DNA of 64,000 nucleotides from Candidatus Undinarchaeales archaeon (GTDB taxonomy: Archaea > SpSt-1190 > JASMDC01). The notes under the pieces were generated by a model, which did no database searches, had not been told where the DNA came from, and worked only from the letters and a program-made list of their open reading frames with translations. Every line of letters starts with the position of its first letter. Position 1 is the stretch's first letter. A program made the position numbers and the translations under genes. Positions 18,899-29,283 of the stretch are shown here, piece after piece. Where the stretch lies: the NCBI GenBank assembly GCA_030753015.1, contig JASMDC010000006.1, forward strand, positions 32,001-96,000, in the 5' to 3' direction.

Positions 18899-20208
18899 CC
18901 CTGGGTACCTGCCCCACCTGCCTCGCGGCGGTGCCGGCATCGCTTGTGCTGGAGGACGGGATGGTGCATCTGGTCAAACACTGCCCGGAGCATGGGGATA
19001 CCAGCACTCTTGTGGCCAAGGACGGTCCCGCGTGGGCCGAACTGGCCGCCTTCTACGAGGAGATGATGGCGCCTCTGCCCGGTATAGGTGACAAGAACCT
19101 GAACCTTCCACTCACGGACCGGTGCAATCTTGCCTGTCCTATCTGCTTCACCCGCTCTGGACCACGTCGCGGGGATGAGCGGGAGCCTTCTCCCGGTGAC
19201 GTCGCGCGGCTGCTTGCGGGCGTCACCGGGGCCAAGGTCCAGCTCTATGGCGGTGAGCCCACGGTCCGCAACGACCTACCGGACATCGTGACCGCGGTCA
19301 TCGCCTCCGGGAACGTGCCCGTGCTGGCCACGAACGGCCTCCTCCTGGCCGAGGAGGGTGTGCTGGACGAACTGCGTGCAGCAGGCCTGGGTGAGGTCCA
19401 TATCCAGCTCGATGGTCTATCCGGGCAGGGTGACAATACCCTCCGGGGCAGGGACGTGTCAGCGGTAAAACGCAAGGCTCTGGAAGCTCTGGAGAAGGCT
19501 GGCATGCCCACAGGCCTGGAGTGCACGTTGGCCCGCGATGTGAACGACGGAGCAGTTGCAGAGCTTCTGACCTACGCGCTGGACCATCACTTCGTACGTG
19601 GTGTGTTCTTCCGCTCCTACGGCCATCTTGGGATTGCCGGGCTCGGTCCGACGGCGCGGCTACGGGTCGAGGAGGTCGTGTCCATGGTTGCGGACGCCTC
19701 TAACGGACGTATTACTCCCGCGGGCTGGACCACCGTCCAGAAGGCGCTCTACGCTGCGTTCAACCTCCTGGGTGTCCCCAGCTGCCTGTACAACCAGTTC
19801 TACCCTGTGCTCCGCCGTCCCGATGGCACGTGGACTGCTGCCGAAGAGCTTGTCGACGTGGAAGGGCTAGATGACGCGCTGGAAAGGTTCCGTGTCACCC
19901 GCCATCGCTTGAGATGGGGGGCCGCCGCTCAGCTGGCCACCGAGGTGTTGCCGCTTGTGCGGGAGCCGGGTCTCGTACGCACCCTCCTATCCGCTGCGGT
20001 CCAGCCACTGGCAGGAGTAGGACCCTTGGATACCCTGGCCACGCCCGGTCTATTGGTAGTTGGCGCTGGCTCGTTGTGTGATCCCGACACCTTCGATCTG
20101 ACCTATTCACTACGGTGCGATGCAGGGCTGGTGGTGCGCGATGGTGAGCCATGGCTCACCCAATCCCTGGACACCCTTCGGGAGGAGCGGCGGCATGGTG
20201 AGGGCTAG
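18880..20208 (+). CDS. Tes/MJ0619-like radical SAM protein, copy 2
   Basis: TLGTCPTC...KHCPEHG, CNLACPIC, GGEPTVRNDLPDI, IQLDG, and C-terminal LCDPDTFD....C. Colinear paralogue of 17525..18898. Confidence 0.8.
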   Translation: MALLRVTLGTCPTCLAAVPASLVLEDGMVHLVKHCPEHGDTSTLVAKDGPAWAELAAFYEEMMAPLPGIGDKNLNLPLTDRCNLACPICFTRSGPRRGDEREPSPGDVARLLAGVTGAKVQLYGGEPTVRNDLPDIVTAVIASGNVPVLATNGLLLAEEGVLDELRAAGLGEVHIQLDGLSGQGDNTLRGRDVSAVKRKALEALEKAGMPTGLECTLARDVNDGAVAELLTYALDHHFVRGVFFRSYGHLGIAGLGPTARLRVEEVVSMVADASNGRITPAGWTTVQKALYAAFNLLGVPSCLYNQFYPVLRRPDGTWTAAEELVDVEGLDDALERFRVTRHRLRWGAAAQLATEVLPLVREPGLVRTLLSAAVQPLAGVGPLDTLATPGLLVVGAGSLCDPDTFDLTYSLRCDAGLVVRDGEPWLTQSLDTLREERRHGEG

Positions 20209-21022
20209 TAATAAAAGCGTGGTCCTCCGACCACGGCCTGTGCCCGGGACCGATCACCTCCATGCCGTGCTGCTCATCGCATCGCTCATCATCGTCGCGA
20301 CCGTGTTCCTTGGGCCGACCGTCGTTACAGTGGAGGACACTCGTCCTACCAGGGCCAAGGACCCAGGTGCTCGACTGTCGGTCGAGGGCCCGCCGTCTCC
20401 AGGTGTCGAGGTAGGGCCGCCCGCGCCCACGACCTCATCAGGCCCCGAGGGGCCACCCGTACCGATGCCTACGGTGGCTATAGCCACAACCACAGTTGAT
20501 CCAGATCTACCCGAGGTCATCGGACCGGTAGTGGCAGGATGGGCACCCGTCCCATCGGAGCAGGTGCCCCCGGCGCGACCCACCACCGTCCGGCTGCTTC
20601 CGCCCCGCGGCCCCGATTGGTTGATGGTCCTTGTAACTCGAGAGGCCGTGGAACCCTGCGATGAATGCCTGAGCGTTGACACCGTCAATATCGACGAGGA
20701 GTTCACCATCACGATAAAGGGTCCGGACGAGCCCGTGGTGCCCGAGTACAACCTCACGATCAACATCCCCATACCCCCGGGTTGGTGTGTGCGGACCCTC
20801 AAGGTGAAACTGTGCACCCTCCGCGACGACGGGACCGAGGGACGCTGCTCATCCTTCCAGAACGTCCCTGAGGAAATGGTGGATGGGAACATGTTGCAGT
20901 TCGACACAGAATTGCCTGCGACCATCAACACAGCCCTGGACTTCCGGTGTGATAAGAACGATGGCAGCACGACACAAGTGACCGTTGCAGTGCTACCCCG
21001 TTGGGGCGCGGACAACGCGTAG
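20195..21022 (+). CDS. Hypothetical membrane-anchored Pro-rich protein with C-terminal Cys-containing beta domain
   Basis: ATG at 20195 after GGAGG. One TM, a long Pro/Thr linker, and six Cys in the C-terminal domain. Confidence 0.6.
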   Translation: MVRASNKSVVLRPRPVPGTDHLHAVLLIASLIIVATVFLGPTVVTVEDTRPTRAKDPGARLSVEGPPSPGVEVGPPAPTTSSGPEGPPVPMPTVAIATTTVDPDLPEVIGPVVAGWAPVPSEQVPPARPTTVRLLPPRGPDWLMVLVTREAVEPCDECLSVDTVNIDEEFTITIKGPDEPVVPEYNLTINIPIPPGWCVRTLKVKLCTLRDDGTEGRCSSFQNVPEEMVDGNMLQFDTELPATINTALDFRCDKNDGSTTQVTVAVLPRWGADNA

Positions 21023-21054
21023 GTTTTATTTAGGATGGGCACGACTCGGTATTC

Positions 21055-21588
21055 GTGGCGCCTCTCTCTTGGCTGATCGACCTCGTGCTGCGTACGATGT
21101 GGGTGTTCCTGCCTGCCATGATGGCCAACCAGATGCCTCTTCTTGCTCGCGGCATCCCTGTCCTGGACGTCCCCGTGGACGGTGGGAGGATGTGGCGTGA
21201 CGGTGGGCGGCTCCTTGGTGACCATAAGACCCTGAGGGGACTTATCTTGGGAGTGCTCGGTGGGGTGGTCACGGCCCTGGCCCAGGCGTCGGTCCCGGTC
21301 CCCTCACGTTATGTCATGGCGCTGGGGGTCAATCCTATCCTTGTCGGGGCAACGCTCGGGGCAGGGGCTCTGATCGGCGACATCATCGAGAGCTTCGTGA
21401 AACGAAGAAAGGGGGTACCTCCGGGCGAGGACTGGTTCCCATTCGACCAGCTGGACGCTGCGTTCGGAGCGTTGGCCGCCATCTGGCTGTTAGCTCCAAT
21501 CCCGTACGATGTGGCCGTGTGCTTCCTTGTCCTTGCGGTACCGCTGCACGTGGGGACCAACCGAGTGGCTATTAGACTCGGATGGTAG
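21055..21588 (+). CDS. carS: CDP-archaeol synthase (DUF46)
   Basis: FLPAMMAN..P, PVDGG....DG.RLLGDHKT.RG, GALIGDIIESFVKRR.G..PG, FDQLD and LH..TN motifs. Confidence 0.9.
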   Translation: MAPLSWLIDLVLRTMWVFLPAMMANQMPLLARGIPVLDVPVDGGRMWRDGGRLLGDHKTLRGLILGVLGGVVTALAQASVPVPSRYVMALGVNPILVGATLGAGALIGDIIESFVKRRKGVPPGEDWFPFDQLDAAFGALAAIWLLAPIPYDVAVCFLVLAVPLHVGTNRVAIRLGW

Positions 21589-22468
21589 GGGCGGGAGCTA
21601 ACTCCTCGTACCTGATCAGGTCCCGCGTGAGGAGATTGAACTCCAGATCGTTGAACGCCGACGGATTGAGAGAGATAATCAGCAACGCCTTGTGCAAGGC
21701 CACCTGGTCTACCAGATACTGAAGGAACTTGAGGACTGGACGGGAGCCCGCGTGGGTGCTCAGGTATTCAAGTCCGCTGAGGAGGATGATGCTCTGCTCG
21801 TACTTGCCGAAGATGTCGGTGCGTATCATGTCCGAAAGCATATGGAGGTTGTCCGTTGCGAGGATATCGTCGCTGTGCTCGGTATGGGTCAGCCACACAA
21901 GGGGGGTCTTTTGTAGGTTGAACTCCTCGCGTATGTGTTCGGGATAGATGCGGGTGATGGCCAGTCCGTGGAATCCGTGGTGGAGATGATCAGCAAAGAT
22001 ATTGAGCCCTAACTCGTTCCGACGCTCCTCGATGTAGTACGCTCGGCCGAGCTCCAGGGTGAAGGCCGGCTCCGTGGGCGTTTCCTCCTCCAAAGGGGCG
22101 TCCACATGGATCGGCGCTAGCTCGCTGGGTACGCCCAGCTCCTCGATGTGCCACGTGATCTCAATAATGCGGTGTGAACACTCATCGAGCCCGCAGCCTT
22201 TGAGTATCTCACTGATCATCCGCGTGATGAACTGGTCGATCTCAGCATAGCTTACCTTGTACTGGGGATAGAGATGGAGCACGAGGGTGCCGCTCTCATG
22301 CACGCTCTTCACGTCAACCACGATGCGCTCGTCGGCGCCTTCCCGGCTTTCGTACCCATCAAAACCGTTGACAAGGGAGAGGAGCTCTTCCCTGGTGAGA
22401 GGGTGCTTTCCCTCGATGGCGAGGGTCACGTCCATGGGGCTGGAGATGATGACGCTCATGATACTCAC
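21572..22468 (-). CDS. DUF835-domain protein
   Basis: C-terminal GLAITRIYPE.IR....L.KTP.VWLT...IILL.GLEYL....G...VLKFL..L.D pattern. Confidence 0.75.
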   Translation of the reverse strand: MSIMSVIISSPMDVTLAIEGKHPLTREELLSLVNGFDGYESREGADERIVVDVKSVHESGTLVLHLYPQYKVSYAEIDQFITRMISEILKGCGLDECSHRIIEITWHIEELGVPSELAPIHVDAPLEEETPTEPAFTLELGRAYYIEERRNELGLNIFADHLHHGFHGLAITRIYPEHIREEFNLQKTPLVWLTHTEHSDDILATDNLHMLSDMIRTDIFGKYEQSIILLSGLEYLSTHAGSRPVLKFLQYLVDQVALHKALLIISLNPSAFNDLEFNLLTRDLIRYEELAPAPTIRV

Positions 22469-24204
22469 TCCATCACGGGCATCACTAACGAGCCCTTTAT
22501 CTTACCGCATGCGGTGTGGTTGTGATCGAGAAGGATACACAGGTTCTTACGCAGCACCTCTATCTCCGCGACGACCCGATCCTTGTTGAACTTCGGATCA
22601 TCGGTGAAGAGGGTTTCAGGCCAGACGTACCGGCAGTTGAACACATATGCGGGGACATCACGTAGACCGAAGATGGCACGCAGCTGCTCGGCCTCCATGT
22701 AGCTCTCGGGATCTTCGGCAGCGCAGGTGGTGGCGTCACCCTCCTTGGTCTTGACACACTCTGTGCGGATATGAAGCTCGTCTTCGAACAGCTCTGTCAG
22801 GACCTGGCTGGCCAAAGCGACCCCCTCGGATGCCGCATCATTTGGCGTGTAGAACACGAAGAGGTATGCGTCGGTGGCGTTTCCGCAGGAGTTGTCTGCC
22901 CGGGCGTAGATGAGCGGGTAGATCACCAGCGGGGTGTTCGGGTCCGTCTCATCCAGGTTCGTGAAGCGCAATAGGCCCTTGTACTTGGTGAGAAGTGCCT
23001 GGATGGCGGGGTAGTTGGAGCGGACAACCTCCGCTTCGATATAGAGGCCCGGTGCGATGGGTCGCATCGTGGACTGATCACCCTCAACGATCCGGCCGCC
23101 TACCGATTGTATGTCCTTGATGACGCCGCCAAGAGGGGCTGCGGGGCATATCGGACAAGGCACCTCCACGAGCGTCGCCACCAGCTCCTGAGGTGGGATG
23201 AACACCCAGTGGTCCTCCAAGGCGGTATAGGTGATGCTGCCCATCTCTCCCATGATGAGGCTCTCGACGGTCTCGGACAGGCGCGTGTCGTAGTAGAGGA
23301 GTTCCTTGGGCATGAGGATGTAGGGGGGTTCGCGGCCCACCATCTGGGGGGCCGTTCCATCGACCAGTCGTGCACGGGGATTGGAGATGGCTGCGACCAA
23401 CTTGTCGAAGGACTCGCAGGTTGTGCAGCCTGGAGGGCGGGCGTAGCGGACGTCCACTACGCACCAGTCCGGTATGGGATCGGAGAGGGCACACACCAGC
23501 GTCTCCAGCTCAGCGTCCTCGGCCTTCTGGTTCAAGTGGGCAAAGGTTCCCGAGCGCAGGTAGCGGCACCCGATGAGCTCTGTGGGCACGCCGATGAAAG
23601 CTCCCGTTGCATTGAGCCGGCGGACCAGTCCCATTGTGCGGGCGAACACCTCAGCACCGTCGAGCTGCTCGCAATCGGCTGCGTCCTGGGGATTGAATCC
23701 GACACACGCCTCTGCGAAAGTGATGCGCTCGCCCATACGCTTCAGGGCGTCGCGCGCTTTTACCGAGTTGAGCGAACTCGGGGTATAGAAGAGCGTGATA
23801 TTGGGGCCACAGGAAGCATCTCCCAGGTCAGTGAGAGGGACACGAGCGCTGTCTAGCAGCGACGATGGGGTCAGGGTATCCAAGCTCGGGATCTCGCCCG
23901 GGCCCGCCGTGGGCATGACGCTCGGGACCGCCCGGCCCGCGGGCAGGGTGCCCCCCTGCTGGAAGTGGTATCCGATGGCACCGATGGTTATGATGATGCC
24001 CAGTACCACTACAAGGATGATCCAGATGTCCATGGCACGCTGCTCCTCCCTTAGCTGGTGGAGCTCGTTCTCGATGATGTGCTCCTCCTCCTCGATACGA
24101 TGCTCAACCTCCTCGATGCGATGCTCGGTCTCCTCTATCTCGTGGAGAGCCTCCATCACGTTCTCGTCTTTCTTCTTGGAGGGCTTCTTGTCCTTCTTCA
24201 CCAT
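22465..24204 (-). CDS. Membrane-anchored protein with His/Glu coiled coil and several thioredoxin-like extracellular domains
   Basis: EHRIEEx heptads, one TM, repeated FYTP...C....D...C...VP....C.Y modules, and CTTC and CPIC motifs. Confidence 0.65.
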   Translation of the reverse strand: MVKKDKKPSKKKDENVMEALHEIEETEHRIEEVEHRIEEEEHIIENELHQLREEQRAMDIWIILVVVLGIIITIGAIGYHFQQGGTLPAGRAVPSVMPTAGPGEIPSLDTLTPSSLLDSARVPLTDLGDASCGPNITLFYTPSSLNSVKARDALKRMGERITFAEACVGFNPQDAADCEQLDGAEVFARTMGLVRRLNATGAFIGVPTELIGCRYLRSGTFAHLNQKAEDAELETLVCALSDPIPDWCVVDVRYARPPGCTTCESFDKLVAAISNPRARLVDGTAPQMVGREPPYILMPKELLYYDTRLSETVESLIMGEMGSITYTALEDHWVFIPPQELVATLVEVPCPICPAAPLGGVIKDIQSVGGRIVEGDQSTMRPIAPGLYIEAEVVRSNYPAIQALLTKYKGLLRFTNLDETDPNTPLVIYPLIYARADNSCGNATDAYLFVFYTPNDAASEGVALASQVLTELFEDELHIRTECVKTKEGDATTCAAEDPESYMEAEQLRAIFGLRDVPAYVFNCRYVWPETLFTDDPKFNKDRVVAEIEVLRKNLCILLDHNHTACGKIKGSLVMPVME

Positions 24205-24356
24205 CGGTGGGACACCTGCGCGAAGGGAGCGCCGGGTTCTTTAATAAACCTATCCGCGGGCCGGCTCCGTGGACCGGATCATGACATAAGTCACCAGTCC
24301 ATACTTCGCGGGCCGGCTTCGGAAAGTTTGAAAAGCTTGGCCCTGTCCTTCGGGCC

Positions 24357-25676
24357 ATGGAGCTCAAGACGCCCCGGGGCACGCGTGATTTCCTTCCCGA
24401 CGTCATGATCGCCCGCAAGCACGTCATCCAGGTCATCGAGGGCATCTTCGCCCGCTATGGTTACTCACCCATCGAGACACCGGCGTTCGAGCACCTCGAG
24501 ACGCTGACCTGCAAGGGCGGCGATGAGGTCGACGAGCAGATCTACGCCTTCGAGGACAAGTCCGGTAGGAAGCTGGGATTGCGCTTCGATCTCACCACTC
24601 CACTGGCCCGGCTCGTGGCCCAGAATCCCAATATTCCGATGCCTTTCAAGCGTTACCATATCTCCAGGGTGTGGCGGTACGAGCGCCAGCAGAAAGGGCG
24701 CTACCGCGAGTTCTGGCAGGCCGACGTGGACGTCGTGGGCTCCCCGTTGATGGTCGCGGATGCAGAAGCGCTCACGGTCGCGGTGGAGTGCCTGCGTGCT
24801 CTCGGGTTCGTCAGTTTCCAGGTGAGGATCAATCATCGCAAGCTACTGGAGGCGCTGGCGGCCGTGTGTGGTATTCCAGATGACCTCATCCCGGCAGCCT
24901 TCCGCGCCATGGACAAGATCGACAAGATCGGTCGCAAGGGCGTGTGGGAGGAGATGGAGGGAAAGGGTATCGAGTTCGACGCTATCGAGTCCATCCTTGA
25001 CTTCATCGAGATAGCGGGACCCCCTGAGGAGGTGCTGTCCAAGGCCGAGGAGCTGGTGGGCGAGCACCCGCTCGGGAAACAAGGCATCGATGAGCTCCGC
25101 CAGATCGCAGGCCACCTAAAGGCCTTCGGCATCAGTGACGAGGTGGTTATCGACCTGTCCCTTGTACGGGGCCTCTCCTACTACACCGGACCGATCTTCG
25201 AGGCGAGTATCCCCGAGGGTGGTGTGGGGAGCGTCGCCGGTGGCGGACGCTACGACGGGCTCGTCGCCATGTACGGCGCCCAGCCGCGACCCGCCGTGGG
25301 CATCTCTCTCGGCATCGAGCGCATAATGGCCATCATGATCGAACGGAAGATGGTACCTGATATGCGGACCATGGCCCGGGTGCTCGTTGCTCCGGTGAAC
25401 GATAAGATGCGTGAGAAGGCCATCGAACTGGCCCAGGTGCTCCGGGACTCGGGTGTTGCGACCGACCTGGACCTCCGCGGCCGGAAGCTGGGTAAGCTAT
25501 TCGAGTACGCCGACATCATGCGCGTTCCCTACGTGCTCGTGGTGGGCCCTCGGGATCTGAAGGAGGGCGTGGTCGTGCTGCGGAACATGACCTCCGGTGA
25601 TGAGGAGCGGATTCCTTTGGACACGCTCGGGAAGAATGTGAACGATGTCATCCAGACCGGGAACCTCGAAGCCTGA
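24357..25676 (+). CDS. hisS: Histidine--tRNA ligase
   Basis: PRGTRDF, LRFDLT, motif 2 VWRYERQQKGRYREFWQ.DVD, LVRGLSYYTG, GGGRYDGL, and an anticodon-binding domain. Confidence 0.97.
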   Translation: MELKTPRGTRDFLPDVMIARKHVIQVIEGIFARYGYSPIETPAFEHLETLTCKGGDEVDEQIYAFEDKSGRKLGLRFDLTTPLARLVAQNPNIPMPFKRYHISRVWRYERQQKGRYREFWQADVDVVGSPLMVADAEALTVAVECLRALGFVSFQVRINHRKLLEALAAVCGIPDDLIPAAFRAMDKIDKIGRKGVWEEMEGKGIEFDAIESILDFIEIAGPPEEVLSKAEELVGEHPLGKQGIDELRQIAGHLKAFGISDEVVIDLSLVRGLSYYTGPIFEASIPEGGVGSVAGGGRYDGLVAMYGAQPRPAVGISLGIERIMAIMIERKMVPDMRTMARVLVAPVNDKMREKAIELAQVLRDSGVATDLDLRGRKLGKLFEYADIMRVPYVLVVGPRDLKEGVVVLRNMTSGDEERIPLDTLGKNVNDVIQTGNLEA

Positions 25677-26313
25677 GATAGTACTCTCGTCGGCCATGAG
25701 CCTGGACGGGAGGATATCCACGCGAGCAGGCGATTCACGCATCTCGAGTCAGGACGATCTGGTCCGGGTGCACGCGCTCCGCGCCAGAATGGACGCCATC
25801 TTGGTGGGCTCGGGCACCGTGCTGGCCGACGATCCCTGCCTCACGACCCGGCTCGTGGACGGCCCAAGCCCCTTGCGTGTTGTTGTGGACGGCCGGGCCA
25901 GGACCCCTCCGGGCGCCCGCGTGCTCGATGATGGGGCACCCACTGTGATCTACGTATCACGAAAAGCACCTTCTGGTCGGGTCGCCGCTCTGCAAGAGAA
26001 GTGCGATGTGGTGGTGCTGGGCGAGGAGCACGTCGATCTTGCGGCCATGCTCGATGACCTGGACGCACGCGGTGTACGCACCGCGATGCTGGAGGGTGGT
26101 GGTGGACTTAACGCTGCTATGTTCGCTGCCGGGCTTGTGGACAAGGTCCATATCACGGTCGCACCCTTTGTCATAGGTGGGAAGGACTCGGTGCCGCTGG
26201 TCGGTGGAGATGGCGTGACGTCGGTTGACGATGCTCCGCATCTCGAGCTCGAGAACGTCGAGGTGATAGGGGCAGAGGTGCTCCTACGTTACCGGGTGCA
26301 GCGCTGCGACTAG
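25645..26313 (+). CDS. arfC: 2,5-diamino-6-(ribosylamino)-4(3H)-pyrimidinone 5'-phosphate reductase (archaeal RibD-C/Rib7)
   Basis: AMSLDGRI, DAILVGSGTVLADDP.LT, PLRVVVD, LEGGG.LN and GLVD. No deaminase domain. Confidence 0.9.
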   Translation: MSSRPGTSKPEIVLSSAMSLDGRISTRAGDSRISSQDDLVRVHALRARMDAILVGSGTVLADDPCLTTRLVDGPSPLRVVVDGRARTPPGARVLDDGAPTVIYVSRKAPSGRVAALQEKCDVVVLGEEHVDLAAMLDDLDARGVRTAMLEGGGGLNAAMFAAGLVDKVHITVAPFVIGGKDSVPLVGGDGVTSVDDAPHLELENVEVIGAEVLLRYRVQRCD

Positions 26314-26819
26314 TCCTCCAGGAACACCGCCACGGCGACCGCCACGTTCCACACGCCAGCCTTAGCCCTTGTGACGCAGGAGATTGTGGGGGATGCCGCA
26401 CAGACCTCATAGGCGCGCGATGTATCGATGTCCAAGGACGTTACCAGCATGCCCTGTGCGAGTTCGCGTGCAGCGGCCTCGATATCTTCCGGTGTACGTC
26501 CGTTGCCAGCGCACTCACCGATATAGCCATGGCGTGATCCGTCCTTAGGAACGGCGATACATACTGAAGTCGACAGCGGAGCATCTTCACAATCGCTCTC
26601 GTCACGTGCCATGACGCAGAACGTGATGGCTCCCGGTACCAGGGCGGCGGTCCCCGCCTCACGGTCCACGATCCGACACCCTGGCGGGAGGACGCTGGAG
26701 ACAAGCACGAGGTTGCACTGTTCGATTCCCGCGTCCCGGAGTGCCAGCTCAAAAGCGTGGATGCGGTCGGGATGCTGCCCCTGGCCTGCTGTCAGGAACA
26801 CGCGTCGCGGGACGATCAT
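26310..26819 (-). CDS. pdaD: Pyruvoyl-dependent arginine decarboxylase
   Basis: VP.RVFLT.G.G, AFELALRDAGIEQCNLV.VSSVLP (Ser-Ser self-cleavage site) and GYIGE. Confidence 0.9.
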   Translation of the reverse strand: MIVPRRVFLTAGQGQHPDRIHAFELALRDAGIEQCNLVLVSSVLPPGCRIVDREAGTAALVPGAITFCVMARDESDCEDAPLSTSVCIAVPKDGSRHGYIGECAGNGRTPEDIEAAARELAQGMLVTSLDIDTSRAYEVCAASPTISCVTRAKAGVWNVAVAVAVFLED

Positions 26820-26846
26820 CGTCGGGGGATGAATCAGGAGGGGCTT

Positions 26847-27599
26847 TTAAACCTGATGCCTGCACGAGGCCGCGTCCCTGGCCGCACCGTTGAGCGACCT
26901 GATGTGCTCGAGCTCATGCTTTGCAGCAAGGTCCGCCTCATGGGCGTTGGAACCGGTGCCGAACCCGACCTTTAGGGGTACGTCCTCATGTTCCTTGAGC
27001 CGGGTGAGGAGCGCACAGATGTCCTTCCTGTCCACACCGTTAACAGGTGCGATAATGTTGTCCCCTCCAACGAAGAAGGCAGTGGCCCCAAGCTCACGTA
27101 GGCCCTGGGCCAGGATGAGGTAGGCCCGTTTCACAGCGAGGTAAGCATCGTAAGCGGAGAGAACGTCGGTGATCGTACCCGTGGCGTCATCGATGTCGAA
27201 GTGGCCGATGTCCACTCGGCCCGAATCCAGGAAGGTGCCCTCGACGACCGCAGTGCGTGAGGACTGGGCCGAGCCAGCCTGATGAATGTGACGTGTGGCC
27301 TCCTCCTGGGCTTCGAGCGCCGTTCGCCCGGTACCCACTCCGATGCTCAGGGTGAAAGGATAGCGAGCCTGGAGGCTCTGCTGGATACGACGGTGCGCAT
27401 CCTTGTCGATACCGTTGGAGATGGCCAGGATGTTGTCGAACCGGGTGGCGAAAGCGAGACCATCCCTGCTGGAGAACTGGTGTTGGACATCAGCGTAGAA
27501 TGAGGACTGGAGGATCTGGATGTCAGCCTCCCGTTTGGGAGCGGGATCCACCGTCCAGGGACCGTAGTTATCTATCTGGACCAGGCTCATCTGGATCAT
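26847..27599 (-). CDS. gch3: GTP cyclohydrolase IIa (ArfA)
   Basis: [25 protein letters not shown] and FFVGGDN. Confidence 0.92.
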   Translation of the reverse strand: MIQMSLVQIDNYGPWTVDPAPKREADIQILQSSFYADVQHQFSSRDGLAFATRFDNILAISNGIDKDAHRRIQQSLQARYPFTLSIGVGTGRTALEAQEEATRHIHQAGSAQSSRTAVVEGTFLDSGRVDIGHFDIDDATGTITDVLSAYDAYLAVKRAYLILAQGLRELGATAFFVGGDNIIAPVNGVDRKDICALLTRLKEHEDVPLKVGFGTGSNAHEADLAAKHELEHIRSLNGAARDAASCRHQV

Positions 27600-28273
27600 G
27601 GTCGCTCCTCCCGCCAGGCATCCATGATCTCATCGCAGCTGATGAAGGGGAGCCTGTGTCGCTCAGCGTATCCTTGCGCCTCACTGGGAGGAACGGCTTT
27701 CCCTGTATCAGCCATCATCTCGCAGATGGTAGTGACCTGTGGCAATCCTGCCATGTCCGCCATTGCGAGGGTGATCTCAGTATGTCCCTGACGGACATCG
27801 AGCAGCCCGTCCGCGCCCCGGAGAAGAGGCACGTGTCCCGGGGAGCGGAACAAGGACCCGAACTCGGCGAATCGTCGGTCAACGACCAGAGCGGCCAGTT
27901 CCTTGATGGTGAGCGCCCGGTCGTCGTCGGTGATGCCGGTGAAGGTCTTACGATGGTTCACGGTGATGGAGAAGGACGAGCGCTCATCGTACGGGATGTC
28001 ATGAGGACTGAGCGAAGGGAGCACAGGGAACCGTTGGGACGCCTCGGAGAGCACATCGGTCATGAAGGGGATTCCTATGGCCTTGCACTCCTCGTGGCCG
28101 AGAGCGGTGCATATGAGACCTCCTGCGTCCCTGCGCATGGTGCGCACGTGGGCAGGGGTGACGTGGAGCGAGGAGACGAGCATGTCAGTCTCCCCCTCCC
28201 TGTCGTCCCGGTCGAACACCAGCACGATTCGGCCCTCTCTGAGGGCCGCCAGCGCCTCATCAAGGGAACCCAT
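27596..28273 (-). CDS. ribB: 3,4-dihydroxy-2-butanone-4-phosphate synthase
   Basis: [54 protein letters not shown] and CEM. Confidence 0.95.
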   Translation of the reverse strand: MGSLDEALAALREGRIVLVFDRDDREGETDMLVSSLHVTPAHVRTMRRDAGGLICTALGHEECKAIGIPFMTDVLSEASQRFPVLPSLSPHDIPYDERSSFSITVNHRKTFTGITDDDRALTIKELAALVVDRRFAEFGSLFRSPGHVPLLRGADGLLDVRQGHTEITLAMADMAGLPQVTTICEMMADTGKAVPPSEAQGYAERHRLPFISCDEIMDAWREERP

Positions 28274-28698
28274 CAGGCGTTCGCCTTCACGATGCGCGTC
28301 ATCTTCACCGCGGCCTCCACGGCGCGCTTGGCGTTGGCCACCCGCTGGGAGGCCTCAAGCCGGGACATTCCTGGTCCGGTGATCCCGAGCGCCACGGGCT
28401 TCTCGAACTCCAGGGACATATCAGCGATGAGACGGCTGGCATTGCTCGCCACGACCGTGTCGTGCTCGGTCGATCCCTCGATGACAGCACCGAGCGTGAC
28501 AACCGCGTCGATATCCTTCTTCTTCAGGAGCGTGCGCACTGCCAGTGGCATATCGAACACGCCGGGCACCTTGATGATATGGGTGACTTCGGCGTCAAGG
28601 AACGTTGCGTGCTCCTTGGCCAGCTCCATCATGGCGTACACGATGTCGTAGTTGAACTCCGCGGCAACGATGCCGAGACGAATTGATGCTTCTGTCAT
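28273..28698 (-). CDS. ribH: 6,7-dimethyl-8-ribityllumazine synthase
   Basis: [30 protein letters not shown] and KPV.LGI.GPGM. Confidence 0.95.
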   Translation of the reverse strand: MTEASIRLGIVAAEFNYDIVYAMMELAKEHATFLDAEVTHIIKVPGVFDMPLAVRTLLKKKDIDAVVTLGAVIEGSTEHDTVVASNASRLIADMSLEFEKPVALGITGPGMSRLEASQRVANAKRAVEAAVKMTRIVKANA

Positions 28699-28710
28699 GA
28701 TAATCCCTCA

Positions 28711-29240
<530 letters not shown>

Positions 29241-29283
29241 ACATGGACAACGATATAAAGAGCGTCACCTTCATGGATGAGCG

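Noticed and set aside
27500-28651. Long alternative-frame and antisense ORFs (e.g. 27500..28651, 3284..4138, 9032..9934, 34596..35567, 39724..40782, 43675..44631, 59417..60319)
   Set aside because: They overlap well-supported genes, lack motifs, and are expected shadows of GC-rich codon bias.
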